Shown piece by piece: positions 16,784 to 24,176 of a DNA stretch of 27,934 nt. Origin of the DNA: a virus. Lineage: Duplodnaviria > Caudoviricetes. Below the pieces are notes generated by a model. The model searched no databases. It was not told the DNA's origin and saw nothing but the letters and a program-made list of their open reading frames with translations. Positions within the stretch are counted from its first letter, which is position 1. Every line of letters starts with the position of its first letter. The DNA is taken from IMG/VR virus record IMGVR_UViG_3300033168_000009, positions 1 to 27,934 of that record; one strand, written 5' to 3'. Made by a program: the position numbers and the translations under genes.

Positions 16784-18043
16784 TCAGCTACCAACTGCGT
16801 GCGTGTACGCCACGAACGCGTTCGGGTCCCCGAGCACAAAGCCGAAGTACGCCTCGACGAGCAGCAGGACCAGGTTCTCCTGGAACGCCGAGTGCCAGGT
16901 GCCAGCCGAGTCGATGTAGGACGCCTCGCGGCTGATCTGGATGGAGATATCCATCGCCTGACCCCACGCGGCCTGGCTGAAGTCGCCGCCGATGGCCCGC
17001 AGCCCCGAGTCGGTGTTCGGGTTCTGCGCCACGGACACCGACGGGGTGGTGCCGCCGGTCAGCGCGGAGGCCGTCGAGATCGGACCCGATCCGTAGTTGA
17101 ACGTCACGGTATACGGACCTGCGCCGGTGACGGTCGCGTTCGCCGCTGCCGCTGTCCCGAGGCCCTGGATCGCGGTCTGCACGGTTGCCGCCGACGCGTT
17201 GTAGGCGAGGGGGCCGGTCGTCTGGCCGCCGACGGTGAGGGTGAACGTGCCGCCCGTCGGCGTGCCGTTGACGGTGACGACCTGCACCGCATTCCCGGAG
17301 CGGTAGTACTTGCCGGACACGCCGGTGTTGAACCGTGCCGGGTAGCCGATCAGGTTCGCCGCCAGCCCACCCCCGCCGACCGTCAGGGCGTTGGCGTCCT
17401 GACCGGCCATCAGCGGCCGGCCGACGGTGTCGACGGCCAGCATCAGCTCGGGCATGAGCCGCGGGTCGGCCGCGAAGCCGGAGAACTCGTAGCCCTGCGT
17501 CGGGCCGTTGACGACCTGCTGGACACCCTTGACGAGGTCGGCGTACACACCGCCCGCGTTCTGTGCGGTCGCGCCGATCGTCTGGCTGTACGGCGTCTTC
17601 GCGAGATAGTCCGGGAATGGGCCGGCAGCACCGGTCTTGAGGTCGAGGCCGTGGATGCCGGCGTAGTCGAACGAGCGGCTGATCGCCGTCGGGAGGTCTT
17701 GGACGAGCTGGTCGTACAGGCCGGCGGGGTTGGTCATCACGACCTCCTCCGAGACGGGGAGGAGCAGCGCGACCTTCTTGCCGGTCATCGTCTTGATGCC
17801 GATGCTCTCGGAGCCGGTCGGCTTGACGCCGCCCTCGTTGACCCATCCCGCAGTGGGGACGTCCATCGGGACGGGGATGGCGGTGTTGCGGTTCACTGCC
17901 AGCGGCACCCGGCGGGCGAGCTGCATGAGAGCCGACGTCTCCGACGCCTTCTTGAAGATCGGCTCGGTGATGATCGGCGGGAGCAGGGTGCTGTTGACAG
18001 CACTCAGCAGGGTTGCGTTGGCACTGGTCGCCACGGGAGTCAC
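16784..18043 (-). CDS. Major capsid protein (HK97 fold) with an internal ~90-aa inserted domain
   Basis: LLPP....PIF, AGWVNEGGVKP, KKVALLLPVSEE, LIGYPARF, AIGGDFSQAAWG and SAFQENLVLLLVEAYFGF...DPNAF. Confidence 0.95.
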   Translation of the reverse strand: MTPVATSANATLLSAVNSTLLPPIITEPIFKKASETSALMQLARRVPLAVNRNTAIPVPMDVPTAGWVNEGGVKPTGSESIGIKTMTGKKVALLLPVSEEVVMTNPAGLYDQLVQDLPTAISRSFDYAGIHGLDLKTGAAGPFPDYLAKTPYSQTIGATAQNAGGVYADLVKGVQQVVNGPTQGYEFSGFAADPRLMPELMLAVDTVGRPLMAGQDANALTVGGGGLAANLIGYPARFNTGVSGKYYRSGNAVQVVTVNGTPTGGTFTLTVGGQTTGPLAYNASAATVQTAIQGLGTAAAANATVTGAGPYTVTFNYGSGPISTASALTGGTTPSVSVAQNPNTDSGLRAIGGDFSQAAWGQAMDISIQISREASYIDSAGTWHSAFQENLVLLLVEAYFGFVLGDPNAFVAYTHAVGS

Positions 18044-18067
18044 CTTTCGGGTGGGGTTGGGTCAGCA

Positions 18068-18082
18068 GCCCCGCAGCGGGGC
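18068..18082 (-). promoter_or_regulatory. Small GC hairpin between scaffold and capsid genes
   Basis: GCCCC-GCUGC-GGGGC on the minus strand, 4 nt after the scaffold stop. Confidence 0.4.
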
Positions 18083-18086
18083 GCCT

Positions 18087-18551
18087 CTACTGCTGGAACA
18101 GGGCCGCGAACGCGTCGCGGGGGTTGGCGGTGGCATTGCGGCGAGGTCCCTGGTCCGCATCGCCGCGGGGACGGGTTGTCGCGGCAGGGAAGTCGCGCTT
18201 GATCTCGTCCGCGTCGGACTCCAAGTCCTCACGGGAGCTCCCGACGAGCCGCTTAACCTGCGCGGGCGTCAGGCCCTTGTCGAACGCGACCTCAAGCCGC
18301 ATCGCGGTCGCCTGGTGCTCCGCCGCCGCCTTCTCGGCTGCATCTGCCCGCGCGTTGAGACGTTCCGTCTCCGACTTGCTGGCGTTCTCAATCTCCTCGA
18401 GCCGCTTAGCAGCGCCCGAGTTTGCCTTCGCCCGGTCCTCATTTTTGCGGGACAGGGATTTCCACTTCTCGACTTCGGCAGCGAGGTCAGGCGTTGCCGC
18501 CTGCTCGTCCGGCGTCTCGCTGGTCGCAACCACTACGGTTTCCTCGGCCAT
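18087..18551 (-). CDS. Capsid scaffolding protein
   Basis: EVEKWKSLSRKNEDRAKAN...KSETER...EVA..KGL.....RL.G...E.LE.DA pattern of actinophage scaffolds. Lies between portal and capsid. Confidence 0.9.
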   Translation of the reverse strand: MAEETVVVATSETPDEQAATPDLAAEVEKWKSLSRKNEDRAKANSGAAKRLEEIENASKSETERLNARADAAEKAAAEHQATAMRLEVAFDKGLTPAQVKRLVGSSREDLESDADEIKRDFPAATTRPRGDADQGPRRNATANPRDAFAALFQQ

Positions 18552-18567
18552 GCGGAACCTCTTTCTC

Positions 18568-18601
18568 GCCCGTTACGGGCTTGTGCCGGCCCCTTACGGG
18601 C
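18568..18601 (-). promoter_or_regulatory. Tandem pentaloop hairpins GCCC-GUAAN-GGGC upstream of the scaffold RBS
   Basis: Copies at 18589-18601 and 18568-18580, 21 nt apart. The first loop contains the portal stop codon. Confidence 0.5.
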
Positions 18602-20240
18602 TGGACGTGTTCGGGGCAGCCGCAGAATCGTTCGCGAGCGCACCGGGTTGGGCGGCCTGCGCGACAGCACCGCCGATGGCGACCTCAGTAGCCATCTGCG
18701 CGTCGGTAGCGACGCCAGGACCGGGCTGACGGGCCTCGACCCGGGCCTCCCACTGCGCCGCCTGCTCAAGCCCGACCGCGGCGAGCGCAGCAGCCCGGCT
18801 GATGCCGTACTTGGTGACGATCTCGTCGACGTAGCCCAGCTGGGCCTCGACATCGGACAGCGCGTCGTCGGTCCGCATCTTGATCGCACGGGCGATCTGC
18901 GTCGGTCCGTAGCCCAAGTCCTCAAGCGACTGGCGGAACGGCATCCCGATGCCCTCAAGCTTCACCGCCGCGTCGACCCGCTGCGAAACCGTCGGCGTCT
19001 CAGGATCACGCCAGATCGTCTCCATCGCCCGCGTCGACGGCGGCACCGACCCGTCACGGACCAGCATGGCCAGACGCATCACGCGTTCCCAGCCGCCGCC
19101 GAACACCCGCTGCTTACGCTGCGCCCGCTTCACCAGCGACGACTCGGCGGACCGGATCGCATCCGCCGACGCAGGGTTCGCCTGCGACATCAGCCCCACA
19201 TAGTGCGGCGGCAGGGCGGCGATAGCGGCGATCTGCGCGGCCAGCATCTCGATCGCCCTGATGTAGTTGTCCAGCGAAGCTTCGGCGAACTGCCCGAACC
19301 GCACACCAGCATCGTCCGAGGTCCACACATGGTCAGCGGCCGAATTCGACCAGCGCTGCCGAATCAGCTCAGAGCTACGGACCTCGGAACCCTCACCGTC
19401 GCCCAGGTCAATGCCGGTAGCCCAACGGCGAGGCATCGCGTGGTACTCCGCGCTAGTCATCATGTTTGTCGCGAGCGTGTTCACCGCGTCGACCAGCGGG
19501 AGCAGGTCGGTCAGTTCCGACTCACCCAACGGATGCATCAGCCGAGGGCGGTTCAGGAACGGAACCACCGGCACGACACCCAGGTCGTGCTGAATCGGGT
19601 CCTCCCGCAACGTCCAGTCAGCCGGCGCAGCTACCTTGCCGCCGGAAGGCACCTGCGGTGCGACGTACCGCTCGATCATGTTCGGCAGGTACAGCGTCGC
19701 GTAGACCATGTCGTCCTGCGCCCAGTGCTTCGCCGCCGCAACCACCCGCGTCGTACCCGGCTCAAACTGGACCGTCATCTGCTCAGCCGACTCGACCGTG
19801 ATCAGCGGGGTACGCGGATCATCCTCGTTGGCCCACACGATCGCGAAACTGCGGCCATGCACCAACGAGTCGACATGGGCCATCTGCGAGCCCTCGTCGA
19901 GGTCGTTCGCCTGCCAAATGCGCCACAGCTCGTCATCGGCCGGCTGGTCCTGCGCCAGCCGGAACCCCTCAACGTCGAGACGTTCCTCGAGCGAGTTGAC
20001 AACCAGCCGGGCCCAGTTCAGCACCAACGACCGCAGCCGGCCTTGAACGCGCCGCTGGACCTCCGGAGCTAGGAAACTCAGCGGCTGATTGCCGGTGTAG
20101 TACCGGTCCAGCATCTGCAAAAGCATCATGTCGCCCGAAAGCTGGTTCAGCAGCCGCGGCAGCACCGGGTTGACGAAACCTGACCCGTCAGAGCCGTTCT
20201 GGCCCAAATATGAACCGGAGGCGGTGGCGAGCGTTGTCAC
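18594..20240 (-). CDS. Portal protein (SPP1 gp6-like)
   Basis: LDRYYTGNQPL, NWARLVV..L.ERL.VEGFR, IWQANDLD, H.LGVVPVVPF.NR, G.SE, NPASADAI and FG.GWE.VMRLA..WRDP. GGAAGG SD before the GTG. Confidence 0.96.
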   Translation of the reverse strand: MTTLATASGSYLGQNGSDGSGFVNPVLPRLLNQLSGDMMLLQMLDRYYTGNQPLSFLAPEVQRRVQGRLRSLVLNWARLVVNSLEERLDVEGFRLAQDQPADDELWRIWQANDLDEGSQMAHVDSLVHGRSFAIVWANEDDPRTPLITVESAEQMTVQFEPGTTRVVAAAKHWAQDDMVYATLYLPNMIERYVAPQVPSGGKVAAPADWTLREDPIQHDLGVVPVVPFLNRPRLMHPLGESELTDLLPLVDAVNTLATNMMTSAEYHAMPRRWATGIDLGDGEGSEVRSSELIRQRWSNSAADHVWTSDDAGVRFGQFAEASLDNYIRAIEMLAAQIAAIAALPPHYVGLMSQANPASADAIRSAESSLVKRAQRKQRVFGGGWERVMRLAMLVRDGSVPPSTRAMETIWRDPETPTVSQRVDAAVKLEGIGMPFRQSLEDLGYGPTQIARAIKMRTDDALSDVEAQLGYVDEIVTKYGISRAAALAAVGLEQAAQWEARVEARQPGPGVATDAQMATEVAIGGAVAQAAQPGALANDSAAAPNTSSP

Positions 20241-20271
20241 AAGCCCGCCTTCCGCGTGAGACGATCCGAAG

Positions 20272-20496
20272 ATGCTGTTTGCAGCGACGTTGACCGTCGA
20301 TCAGGTGAAGTCCGAGGTCGATCGGATCGCGGCCGTGGCGGACGATGACGAAGCCGCCCATTCCGCTGAGGACGATCTCCACGTCGAGGTACTCACCGCG
20401 ATTGCAGTGGGAGCGCTGACGGGGCTCGACGCGCAGCGAACGGCGCTGGCCGCACTGAAATCGCAGGACGTGTCGTTCAATCGCTGGTGCGCCTAG
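20272..20496 (+). CDS. Small acidic helical phage protein, antisense to the late operon
   Basis: 74 aa with DDEAAHSAEDDLH...ALK.....F.RWCA. Exactly fills the terL-portal gap, and its stop overlaps the terL stop in CTAG (20493-20496). Confidence 0.75.
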   Translation: MLFAATLTVDQVKSEVDRIAAVADDDEAAHSAEDDLHVEVLTAIAVGALTGLDAQRTALAALKSQDVSFNRWCA

Positions 20497-21914
20497 AACG
20501 AGACGAACCTGCCCGGACGGACCTTCCGCTGCGAACCCCACATTGCGAGCGTCACCGCCACCAACGGGCTGATATCTAGCCCCGAACGGCGCGGGTCCCA
20601 CACCCAAGCGTCCGACGACGGCTTCCGACGAGCCCCAGCGACCGAAACGTCGAGCTGCGACTGCCCGTAATGGCGCACATCGCCCTCTAAAACCGCGTCG
20701 TACAGCAGGCCGCACGCCGCCGAGTAGTCCTGGCCTCGTGCTTGCGTCACAACCAGCCCGCGATCCATCAGATCGGCGATCAGCGACCCCCCAGGCGACC
20801 CCGGACGGACCACGAACCTCGGCCGGCGATGCTTACGGGCAATCTCAGCCGCCCGAGGACCGATCCAAGCCGTCCCCAACCGGTACTCGGCCGCGTCAAC
20901 GACCGTTCGACCCTCAGAATCGGCCCCGGCGGCGGCAATGCACGCCCACGAGCGATCCTCGGCGACCTCGACACCAAACGTTGGCGTCCCAGAGAGGTCG
21001 GCCGCCGGATCGAGCGCCGAATCCCACGCTTCAGGCGGAAACGCCCCCCCCGCAGCCTGGTCGTCCCAGATGCCCAGGTGTTCGCGGGCGAAGTCCTCGG
21101 GAGTCAACTTGCCGAACTCGTCCTCGAGCTCGCTCATCGGCAGCCTGTAGCCCAGGCCTGGGTTCGACTGCGCCCAGTTCTCCGGGTCGGCCGGGTCGGC
21201 GCCTGTCTCACAACCCCACTCGAAGTAGGCCATTCGCTTCGCTTTTGACCTGCCGCGCTTGACCATGCGCCACAGAACGGCCGAGTCGGGGTAGCCCGAC
21301 GACGACGTGAACCACGTCTGCGGGTTCGGCCGCGCGATCTGCGTCGGCGACATAGCCGACAGCGCCTGCTCCGGCAGGACCAGAGCCTCATCGAGAACCA
21401 GCAGGTCGGACCCATAGCCACGGCCCGAACCGGACAGCGTCCGAGCTTTGAACTTCAGCCGGTTGCCGTTTCGGAGAACGATCGACTCTTTGCCGTTCGC
21501 CGTGTACGTGCTCTGAACATGCCGCTCAAGGTCCGGGTTGCCCTCGATCAAGTTCCGCATCCGCGCGAAATGGTCCTGTGACGTGTCGAACCTGTGCGCC
21601 GAGTGAATAATCGTCTGCTCGTTGAGGACGAACATGCCGAACAGCTCGCGTGCCTCAAGAACCGAGCCCTTGCCGTTCTGCCGCGGGACCAGCAGCCCCA
21701 CGTTGCGGGCCGCCCACTTCCCGCCGGAGCCGACCCCCATTGACCCCCGCAGCACATCCTGCTGCCACGGGTCGAGATACAGCCCGGCGGCAGCCGCGAA
21801 CTCGACAGCCTTGTCGCCCAGCGACGCCTTGGCCGGCGGCACCGACCGGAACCGAGGCTCCTGGTTACCCCACAGATCGGAGGATTCGCTCGACATCGGC
21901 TCGGGAGTCGTCAA
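20493..21914 (-). CDS. terL: Terminase large subunit
   Basis: LDPWQ, Walker A VPRQNGKG, Walker B LLVLDEA, SNPGLG, FAREHLG and nuclease end DISPLVAVTLA. Start TTG 21914 (GGAGG upstream) or ATG 21896. Confidence 0.97.
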   Translation of the reverse strand: MTTPEPMSSESSDLWGNQEPRFRSVPPAKASLGDKAVEFAAAAGLYLDPWQQDVLRGSMGVGSGGKWAARNVGLLVPRQNGKGSVLEARELFGMFVLNEQTIIHSAHRFDTSQDHFARMRNLIEGNPDLERHVQSTYTANGKESIVLRNGNRLKFKARTLSGSGRGYGSDLLVLDEALVLPEQALSAMSPTQIARPNPQTWFTSSSGYPDSAVLWRMVKRGRSKAKRMAYFEWGCETGADPADPENWAQSNPGLGYRLPMSELEDEFGKLTPEDFAREHLGIWDDQAAGGAFPPEAWDSALDPAADLSGTPTFGVEVAEDRSWACIAAAGADSEGRTVVDAAEYRLGTAWIGPRAAEIARKHRRPRFVVRPGSPGGSLIADLMDRGLVVTQARGQDYSAACGLLYDAVLEGDVRHYGQSQLDVSVAGARRKPSSDAWVWDPRRSGLDISPLVAVTLAMWGSQRKVRPGRFVSF

Positions 21915-22101
21915 CGCTGTCCGCCTCCGGCTCCGTGAACTCCCCGAGCTTGTCCAGCACGTCGACTAGCTGCTTCGCCATGGGCGCCACATGCACCAAC
22001 TGGCGGTCCGTAGCACCCTCAAGGCGCTCGGCCAGCAGGTCGCGGATCGCCTCAAGGGCCACACGGGGATCGGACCCCGAAACCGCCTCACACAGCCCCA
22101 T
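21865..22101 (-). CDS. terS: Probable terminase small subunit
   Basis: 78-aa helical protein (ALEAIRDLLAERLE...APMAKQLVDVLDKL...SVDD) overlapping the terL start. Confidence 0.7.
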   Translation of the reverse strand: MGLCEAVSGSDPRVALEAIRDLLAERLEGATDRQLVHVAPMAKQLVDVLDKLGEFTEPEADSVDDSRADVERILRSVG

Positions 22102-22179
22102 CGGACCCCGATCCCACGATCTGTAACCGAATCTGAGCATCTAGCGGTCTTAGCCCGCGAATCCTGGCACCTGGCAACA

Positions 22180-22275
22180 CTGTGCGTGACTAAAACCCTA
22201 AATCTGAGGGGGGAGAGAGGCCCGACTGCGGGGTCACATTGCGTGACGCTTTTGGGGTAGCTCCCCACCCCTCGT
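22180..22275 (-). promoter_or_regulatory. Putative cos/packaging-initiation region
   Basis: Largest non-coding gap, just upstream of terS. Minus strand reads GGGGTGGGG...CAAAA...GACCCCGC...CTCTCTCCCCCC. Inverted repeat GTCAC-N5-GTGAC at 22233-22247; direct repeat TGCGTGAC at 22183 and 22240. Confidence 0.45.
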
Positions 22276-22353
22276 GGTGTCGGCGGCGATGTAAGCGGGG
22301 CCCGGTAGTCGCGTCGTTTCGTGGGACACACCGGGCCCCAGTAGGTGGGATGG

Positions 22354-22950
22354 TCAGTGGCGCCGGCGGTGGCGCAGGTTCCTTGCTGCTGCGGCGCGTT
22401 GCCGTGCTGTCCGTGTCCTGCTGTGTGCTGCGTGCCGTGCCCGTGCGAGGTTGGCTCGTGACGCTGCTCGCTGTGCCGCTGTCCGTGGCCTGCGTCGTTG
22501 GGCTTGCCGTGCCCTTGCCAGGTTGCGGAGGCTGGCTGCGTGTTGGGCTGCTGTGCGTGGCCTGTGCCTGGCTGCTGCCCTTGCCTTGGCTAGGTTGGCC
22601 CTAGCTGCTGCCTTCTGCCTGGCTGTGCGTGGCATGTGCTGTGCCCGTGCGAGGTTGCGTAGTGACGCTGCCCGCTGTGCTGCGCTGCGTGGCCTGCCTC
22701 GCTGTGCTGCACGTGCGCGTGCCAGGTTGCGCAACGACGCGGCCCGCTGCCTGCCAGTGTGTGGTGTGTGCTGCGCCTTGACGATGTTGGCACGTGACGC
22801 CTGTAGCTGGCGTGCTGTACGTGGCCGGCCTTTGAGGGCGGCTCGTGCCTTGGTGAGGTTGGCTGCTGCGGCGGTGGCCTGCCTGGCGCTGCGCTTATAG
22901 GAGCGGTGGCTGCCTGTGTGGTGGTGGCTAGCGCGGTGCTTGCGTGCCAC
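22354..22950 (-). CDS. Highly basic repeat protein (protamine/histone-H1-like composition)
   Basis: 198 aa with 8 repeats of (P)RTAxQxAA(S/A)xxNLxxA. Dominated by Arg/Ala/His, with no Asp or Glu. Confidence 0.85.
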   Translation of the reverse strand: MARKHRASHHHTGSHRSYKRSARQATAAAANLTKARAALKGRPRTARQLQASRANIVKAQHTPHTGRQRAASLRNLARARAAQRGRPRSAAQRAASLRNLARAQHMPRTARQKAAARANLAKARAAARHRPRTAAQHAASLRNLARARQAQRRRPRTAAQRAASRANLARARHAAHSRTRTARQRAAAARNLRHRRRH

Positions 22951-23173
22951 TGGCTAGCCGGCCTTGCCAGTCAGTCTCGATCTCAGGGTGGTGACGCCGT
23001 GGCAGTATCTCGATGCTGTCGCCGTGAACGTTATGGGCGTGCTTCGTCGTGTACCAAACGTCTTCGCCGCAACGCCTGCACAGCCGCTGCCCCTCTTGCC
23101 TCTCCGCGTTCCAGCAAACGTCATAGTGCTCGTTGATCCAGGCAACGAGGCCCTCGTCAGAAATCGTCGGCAT
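22928..23173 (-). CDS. C2H2-type zinc-finger protein, paralog A
   Basis: AWINEHYD...CRRCGEDVWYTTKHAHNVHGD; AAGGGG SD; similar to 23582..23863. Confidence 0.75.
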   Translation of the reverse strand: MPTISDEGLVAWINEHYDVCWNAERQEGQRLCRRCGEDVWYTTKHAHNVHGDSIEILPRRHHPEIETDWQGRLASGTQAPR

Positions 23174-23218
23174 CTTGCACCCCTTGCGTGGTGGCCTGCG
23201 TAGGTGGACGCTAAGCGC

Positions 23219-23362
23219 ATGAGCCTGCAGCGATCGCTTTATCTCGCCAGTCGTCTAGCCGGCGATTACAACGCTGCCAAGCGAGGGACGCTGCTCAAGC
23301 GGGTAGTTCGGCGGAACGTGACCCGGACGCTGCTGCGGCCGTACAACCGGATGTGGCGCTAG
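23219..23362 (+). CDS. Small basic protein (47 aa), not in the ORF track
   Basis: Hand-translated MSLQRSLYLASRLAGDYNAAKRGTLLKRVVRRNVTRTLLRPYNRMWR*. The LY..(A/S)R..GD..A...G...KR..RR pattern resembles a small-protein family I recall (unverified). Confidence 0.65.
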   Translation: MSLQRSLYLASRLAGDYNAAKRGTLLKRVVRRNVTRTLLRPYNRMWR

Positions 23363-23577
23363 TGGCAGTGCGGGTTGAACTTGAGGGCGGCGTGTTGGTC
23401 GACCTGTGGGTTGTCGACGGCAAGTTTTACGTCGCACCCTTAGGTGACGAGGGACTAGACGAGGGTGGTCGTCCATCGTGGGGAATGATCCCGCTAGCGC
23501 CGTGCGGCTGCTTGTGGCAATTGTTCGAGACCGGAGAGCACGATCTGGTCCATCACCACACGTACAACTGCGCGTAG
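23362..23577 (+). CDS. Hypothetical protein with Cys/His-rich C-terminus
   Basis: TAGTG overlap with the 47-aa gene (alternative GTG 23353). Contains CGC...HHH...C and ends 4 nt from the convergent stop at 23582. Confidence 0.55.
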   Translation: MAVRVELEGGVLVDLWVVDGKFYVAPLGDEGLDEGGRPSWGMIPLAPCGCLWQLFETGEHDLVHHHTYNCA

Positions 23578-23581
23578 CGCG

Positions 23582-23863
23582 CTAGCCGGCGATCGGCTTG
23601 CCGCAATGCGGGCACGTCGGTGGGTCGACCATGCGGCCTTCGTCGTCTGATATAAACCCGAGCAGCGTTTTCCCGCCTTGGTACGCCGGGCGAGCGGCGA
23701 AATCGTCTCCGTGCACGTTGACGGCATGCTTCTCGACCGCCCAAACGTGCATCCCGCATCGTCGGCAGTCGATACCCCGCACGGTGTGCGTGCCGAGATC
23801 GTAGTGCTCATCCACCCATGCTTGGTAGTCGGTGAGGCTCAGCTCAGCAAATGACACAGTCAT
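23582..23863 (-). CDS. C2H2-type zinc-finger protein, paralog B
   Basis: AWVDEHYD...CRRCGMHVWAVEKHAVNVHGD...CPHCG. ATG 7 nt after the HNH stop. Confidence 0.78.
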   Translation of the reverse strand: MTVSFAELSLTDYQAWVDEHYDLGTHTVRGIDCRRCGMHVWAVEKHAVNVHGDDFAARPAYQGGKTLLGFISDDEGRMVDPPTCPHCGKPIAG

Positions 23864-23870
23864 GTGGGAC

Positions 23871-24176
23871 CTACCAGACGCTCGATTTGCGTTGCTGCTG
23901 ACGGCCTCGCGCCGCGTTACCACGCTGTGCTGCTTCCCGGCGGTTACACGCAGCCCACGAGAGGCCCGTGTATCCCGTGCGGTCAGCGGTGTGCGACAGG
24001 TCGAGCTTGGCCGCGAACATCTTGTACATCGGGTGGATGATCTGGCGGTCGTACCAGCATTGGGCGCACGGCTGACCGTCGACTAGCCTGGCGATCGCGA
24101 TCTTGCGTGCGAGCTGGTGCTGTCGCCCGTACCCGCGCTCGACGGTGGACTTCTTGTTGCGTTTGCGGCTAGCCAC
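23871..24176 (-). CDS. HNH-type endonuclease (terminase-associated)
   Basis: STVERGYGRQHQ..R, PCAQC, LDLSH..DR.GY.GL..AACNRR. 101 aa, upstream of the packaging genes. Confidence 0.85.
   Translation of the reverse strand: MASRKRNKKSTVERGYGRQHQLARKIAIARLVDGQPCAQCWYDRQIIHPMYKMFAAKLDLSHTADRTGYTGLSWAACNRREAAQRGNAARGRQQQRKSSVW

Noticed and set aside
17730-20072. 780-aa plus-strand ORF, and other long plus-strand ORFs (e.g. 8086..9408, 9269..10561, 13050..14477, 16724..18202)
   Set aside because: Antisense shadows of well-supported structural genes in high-GC DNA; no recognisable motifs.
22451-22900. Plus-strand Cys/Ala/Arg/Leu repeat ORF
   Set aside because: Mirror of the minus-strand basic repeat gene, which has operon orientation and invariant Q/N residues.
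23255-23476. Minus-strand ORF ending IAG*, and the 12-bp CTAGCCGGCGAT match to 23582 as a cassette boundary
   Set aside because: The ORF is a Pro/Arg-rich shadow of the plus-strand operon. The 23255 copy lies inside the LAGD codons of the 47-aa gene, so it is probably coincidental.
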